Source: Setoptus koraiensis (lineage: Eukaryota > Animalia > Arthropoda). Taken from it: a stretch of 64,000 nt of DNA. Positions 61,010 through 64,000 of the stretch are shown piece by piece (within the stretch, counting starts at the first letter, position 1; the number at the start of each line of letters is the position of its first letter). Location of the stretch: assembly GCA_048013815.1 (NCBI GenBank), contig CM106585.1, positions 15,872,001 to 15,936,000 of the forward strand, written 5' to 3'. The notes beneath the pieces were generated by a model that was not told the origin of the DNA, ran no database searches, and was given only the letters and a program-made list of their open reading frames with translations. The position numbers were made by a program, and so were the translations under genes.

Positions 61010-63358
61010 TCATTTGGATGAAGAGAATCCCAATCGCTGCGCAAATAATGGTTTACCTACGAACTCTTGGAGATTATCCTTGGTTACCTGAATATCCTCG
61101 ATACCCTGTTCGACGACCTGAAAAGCTGCCTTTCTCATTATCTTCTCAATGTGTTTTTGCAAGTTTCTCACTCCGCTTTCCATACAATATGTTGCAATAA
61201 TTTCATTGATAGCTTCCTCGTTCACGGAAATAGTGCCATCTTTCAATCCAGACGCAAGCCTAGCTTGAGGTATGAGATATCTCTCTGCAATGGCGAGCTT
61301 TTCTTCAGGCTTGTATCCTGATACTTCTATCATTTCCATACGGTCTTTGAGAGGTTCGGGTATAGTATCAGTATAGTTGGCGGTACATATAAATAAGACT
61401 CTAGATAGATCTATCGGAACATCTAGATAATGATCTAAGAAATTGGCGTTCTGTTCAGGGTCCAATAATTCCAGTAGCGCAGCAGATGGGTCACCTTGGT
61501 AGCCTCTTCCTATTTTGTCCACTTCATCTATTAGTACTAAAGGATTCTCAGTTTTAGTACGTTTCAAGCACTGAACAAGTTTTCCAGGCATAGCGCCGAC
61601 ATAGGTTCTTCGATGTCCCTTTATTTCAGCGACATCACTCATTCCTCCAACGCTGAAACGATAATATTGTCTGTTCAATGACTTAGCGATTGATTTAGCT
61701 ATGGAAGTTTTTCCTACTCCAGGAGGCCCATGGAAGCATAATATTTTTCCCTGAGCAGACCCCTTCAATTGACTGACTGCGATGAATTCTAATATCCTCT
61801 TCTTGACGTCTACCATACCATAATGGTCCTCATCAAGAATTTCTTTCGCAGATTTTATATCTAACGTTTCCTCACTACATTTACCCCAGGGTAGACTTGA
61901 AAGCCAATCTAAATAATTCCGTGTTACACTAAACTCTGATGAGTGGTTATCTAGAACAGACAATTTATTCATTTCTTCATTGATGATTTCCATTATGTTG
62001 GCTGGCACCACTAGTTCCTTAAGTCTACTCCTAAAGCGGTCTTCAATTGCATCTTTGTCATCTTTCTCAATGCCCAACTCTTTTTTGATTATTTTAAGTT
62101 GTTCATGTAGTAAGTATTTTCTATGTTGTGTCTTGACCTTTTCCTCTACTTCTACTCTTATCTTCTCCTGTAGTTTGGTGAGTTCATATTCTTTTTTAAG
62201 CATCGTCAGTGCCATATCTAGTCGCTCTTGTACGTCTACCTCATTCAAGAATGCTTGCAATTCATTAGTGGACGCAGCTGTGAGAGAAGCAGCCAAATCT
62301 GCAAGATGAATTGGATTATCGACAACATTTTGGCCCGTGTGTAATATTTGGGCTATAGACTCTCTATATAATGGGTTCAAAGCTATAATATCTCGTATAG
62401 TTCTAATGATTTCTTGTGTGAGAGCTTGCATTCTTTCGGATGATTCATAAGGCTTATGCTCAAGATTCTCCACTTCAACCATTAGTAAAAGATTTTTGAG
62501 ATCGTCACTTGTTGGCACGGCTTGTTGGTCTGTTGCAGTTGTGTCAGATTGAGCTTCGGACTCTTCTTGGGATTGGCCCGGCTGCTCAGATAACTTATTT
62601 TCATCTTGTAGAACTGTTTCCTCAGTTTTGCTTTCATCGGATGTTGTATCACCTGTGGAGTCCTCTTTTGCCCCTTCGACGGATTCATCGGAAATATGAC
62701 TAGCTGTCAGATTGTCATCAGCCCAATCATTTGTAATTGTTGCTGAATTTCTGGCCAGAAATTTGGATTTGTTCTTACGAAAGAATCTAGTTTTCGAGCG
62801 TGCACCATTGTTGAGGGTTGGGACTGGAGGTATATTACTCTCGTATATTTGTTTAATAATCTGAACTCTTCTGTGTGCCATGACAATCATTCGCAATTTA
62901 TCGCCCATGTCGTGTACTTCGTGTATGTGGACAAACGTTCCGACATGATGAATGTCATCTAGACTTCCGACAACTTCATTATAATTTGTATCATCTTTCT
63001 TAAGAAACACTCCAGCGTATGGCTGTCTGAGCTCCAATTTCCTTCTAATGATCTGCATTAACCCTGGATGACTGATTTCTACGAGTTTGACAAATTTGGG
63101 AAATACTGGATTCTTTGTGACAGCTATCACAGGTAAAACAGGCCATTTGTCGGGAATATTGTCGGCACTTAATTTTCCATGTGAATCGCTCTTTTGGGGA
63201 CTGACGACAACAGCTTTAGTGGACGAGTAGTATTTGATGTGTTGTTGTTGTAATCGCAAATATTGTTGTTGTTGTTGTCCTAGGGGTCTGTAATACTCAA
63301 GTAAATGCCGTGCGGGGCTCAAACAACGAAAACGGTGACACATCGAAGCCAGAGCCAT
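61010..63358 (-). CDS. LONP1: Mitochondrial Lon AAA+ protein (782 aa), intronless; reading frame ends before the protease domain
   Basis: Arg-rich targeting-like N-terminus, LON N-domain ([18 protein letters not shown]), LDEDHYG, Walker A GPPGVGKT, Walker [32 protein letters not shown] and ESGVRNL. Ends [21 protein letters not shown]-stop. Confidence 0.95.
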   Translation of the reverse strand: MALASMCHRFRCLSPARHLLEYYRPLGQQQQQYLRLQQQHIKYYSSTKAVVVSPQKSDSHGKLSADNIPDKWPVLPVIAVTKNPVFPKFVKLVEISHPGLMQIIRRKLELRQPYAGVFLKKDDTNYNEVVGSLDDIHHVGTFVHIHEVHDMGDKLRMIVMAHRRVQIIKQIYESNIPPVPTLNNGARSKTRFFRKNKSKFLARNSATITNDWADDNLTASHISDESVEGAKEDSTGDTTSDESKTEETVLQDENKLSEQPGQSQEESEAQSDTTATDQQAVPTSDDLKNLLLMVEVENLEHKPYESSERMQALTQEIIRTIRDIIALNPLYRESIAQILHTGQNVVDNPIHLADLAASLTAASTNELQAFLNEVDVQERLDMALTMLKKEYELTKLQEKIRVEVEEKVKTQHRKYLLHEQLKIIKKELGIEKDDKDAIEDRFRSRLKELVVPANIMEIINEEMNKLSVLDNHSSEFSVTRNYLDWLSSLPWGKCSEETLDIKSAKEILDEDHYGMVDVKKRILEFIAVSQLKGSAQGKILCFHGPPGVGKTSIAKSIAKSLNRQYYRFSVGGMSDVAEIKGHRRTYVGAMPGKLVQCLKRTKTENPLVLIDEVDKIGRGYQGDPSAALLELLDPEQNANFLDHYLDVPIDLSRVLFICTANYTDTIPEPLKDRMEMIEVSGYKPEEKLAIAERYLIPQARLASGLKDGTISVNEEAINEIIATYCMESGVRNLQKHIEKIMRKAAFQVVEQGIEDIQVTKDNLQEFVGKPLFAQRLGFSSSK

Positions 63359-63927
63359 GTTGTTTTGAGATGTAGCAATGGAAATAAGAATATTATAAAG
63401 AATAGTTCCAGATCGTTGTTGTTGTCAGGCTGGCCAGTTTCTTTCGAGATGCTTCGATTTTGTCAGGGAGAATTCATTACGATCCACATACCATGTGTTT
63501 CAATTCAACGTGTTTTAGGTAGTCGGGGGTATTCTTGAGCCGACTTGGGTACTACGTGGGTACTGAACAATGGCCATGGAGTTTCTCACTGTTGAGGGTA
63601 TTTTAATTAATTAATTTCTTATCAACTCACCATTTTGGAAGATATTTTTGCTGAAGCAACTTTCTATCGAGCCGCTTGATCGATGAGATAGGATAATAGA
63701 GCGATAATTGTATGCTACCCGGCATAAATTGCCCATGTGGCCGAGGGTTTTTCTCCTGTCATAAGCTGGCATAACTGTTCACCAGGTGGCGCTGCGCAGA
63801 GAAAAGTTGGAAACTTGCGATGAAACTGTAGGTTGTTGATCAGGAAAAGAGAGTTACCGACCCCTCATGACGTTGTTTGTATCCAGGTGAGACAGAGAGA
63901 TGAAAAAACTTCTGGCTCCTCCCCTCC

Positions 63928-63947
63928 TCTCTCTCTCTCTCTCTCTC
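63928..63947. repeat. (CT)n microsatellite
   Basis: About 10 CT units preceding a TTTTCAG acceptor-like motif. Confidence 0.85.
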
Positions 63948-64000
63948 TTTTCAGTGCCAGACAACTTGTTCTAGGTTCATATTTATACTTATAAATAGAG

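Overview
Eukaryotic, gene-dense, intron-poor genomic DNA from an animal. A compact arthropod genome such as a mite is inferred from the gene set, short 94-254 nt introns and abundant (AAC)n, (AC)n and (AG)n microsatellites; the taxon cannot be proven from this window. Recognisable genes, left to right: a disrupted histidine acid phosphatase, SIRT2 (5 exons), an orphan secreted protein with a decayed tandem paralog, a divergent intronless TM9SF protein, a 972-aa Q/N-rich membrane protein, a 108-aa two-exon membrane protein, an AGPAT3/4-like acyltransferase, a CDK5 activator with a very long N-terminal extension, a LAMP-family protein, an intronless dihydropyrimidinase/CRMP, a GT31 galactosyltransferase tail-to-tail with a SUEL/RBL-lectin receptor, a candidate Cys-rich protein, a stand-alone PWI-domain protein and a mitochondrial Lon. 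The most striking observation is that the Lon reading frame keeps its targeting peptide, N-domain and intact AAA+ motifs but stops at the AAA+/protease junction, so it has no Ser-Lys protease domain. Intergenic DNA also carries an excess of unrelated perfect short-spacer inverted repeats (13-21 bp arms), including a cluster of three hairpins near 28.1-28.3 kb. I saw no rRNA, tRNA, CRISPR array or intact transposon. Family assignments come from motif recognition by eye, not database searches, and splice models are GT-AG and frame-based predictions.
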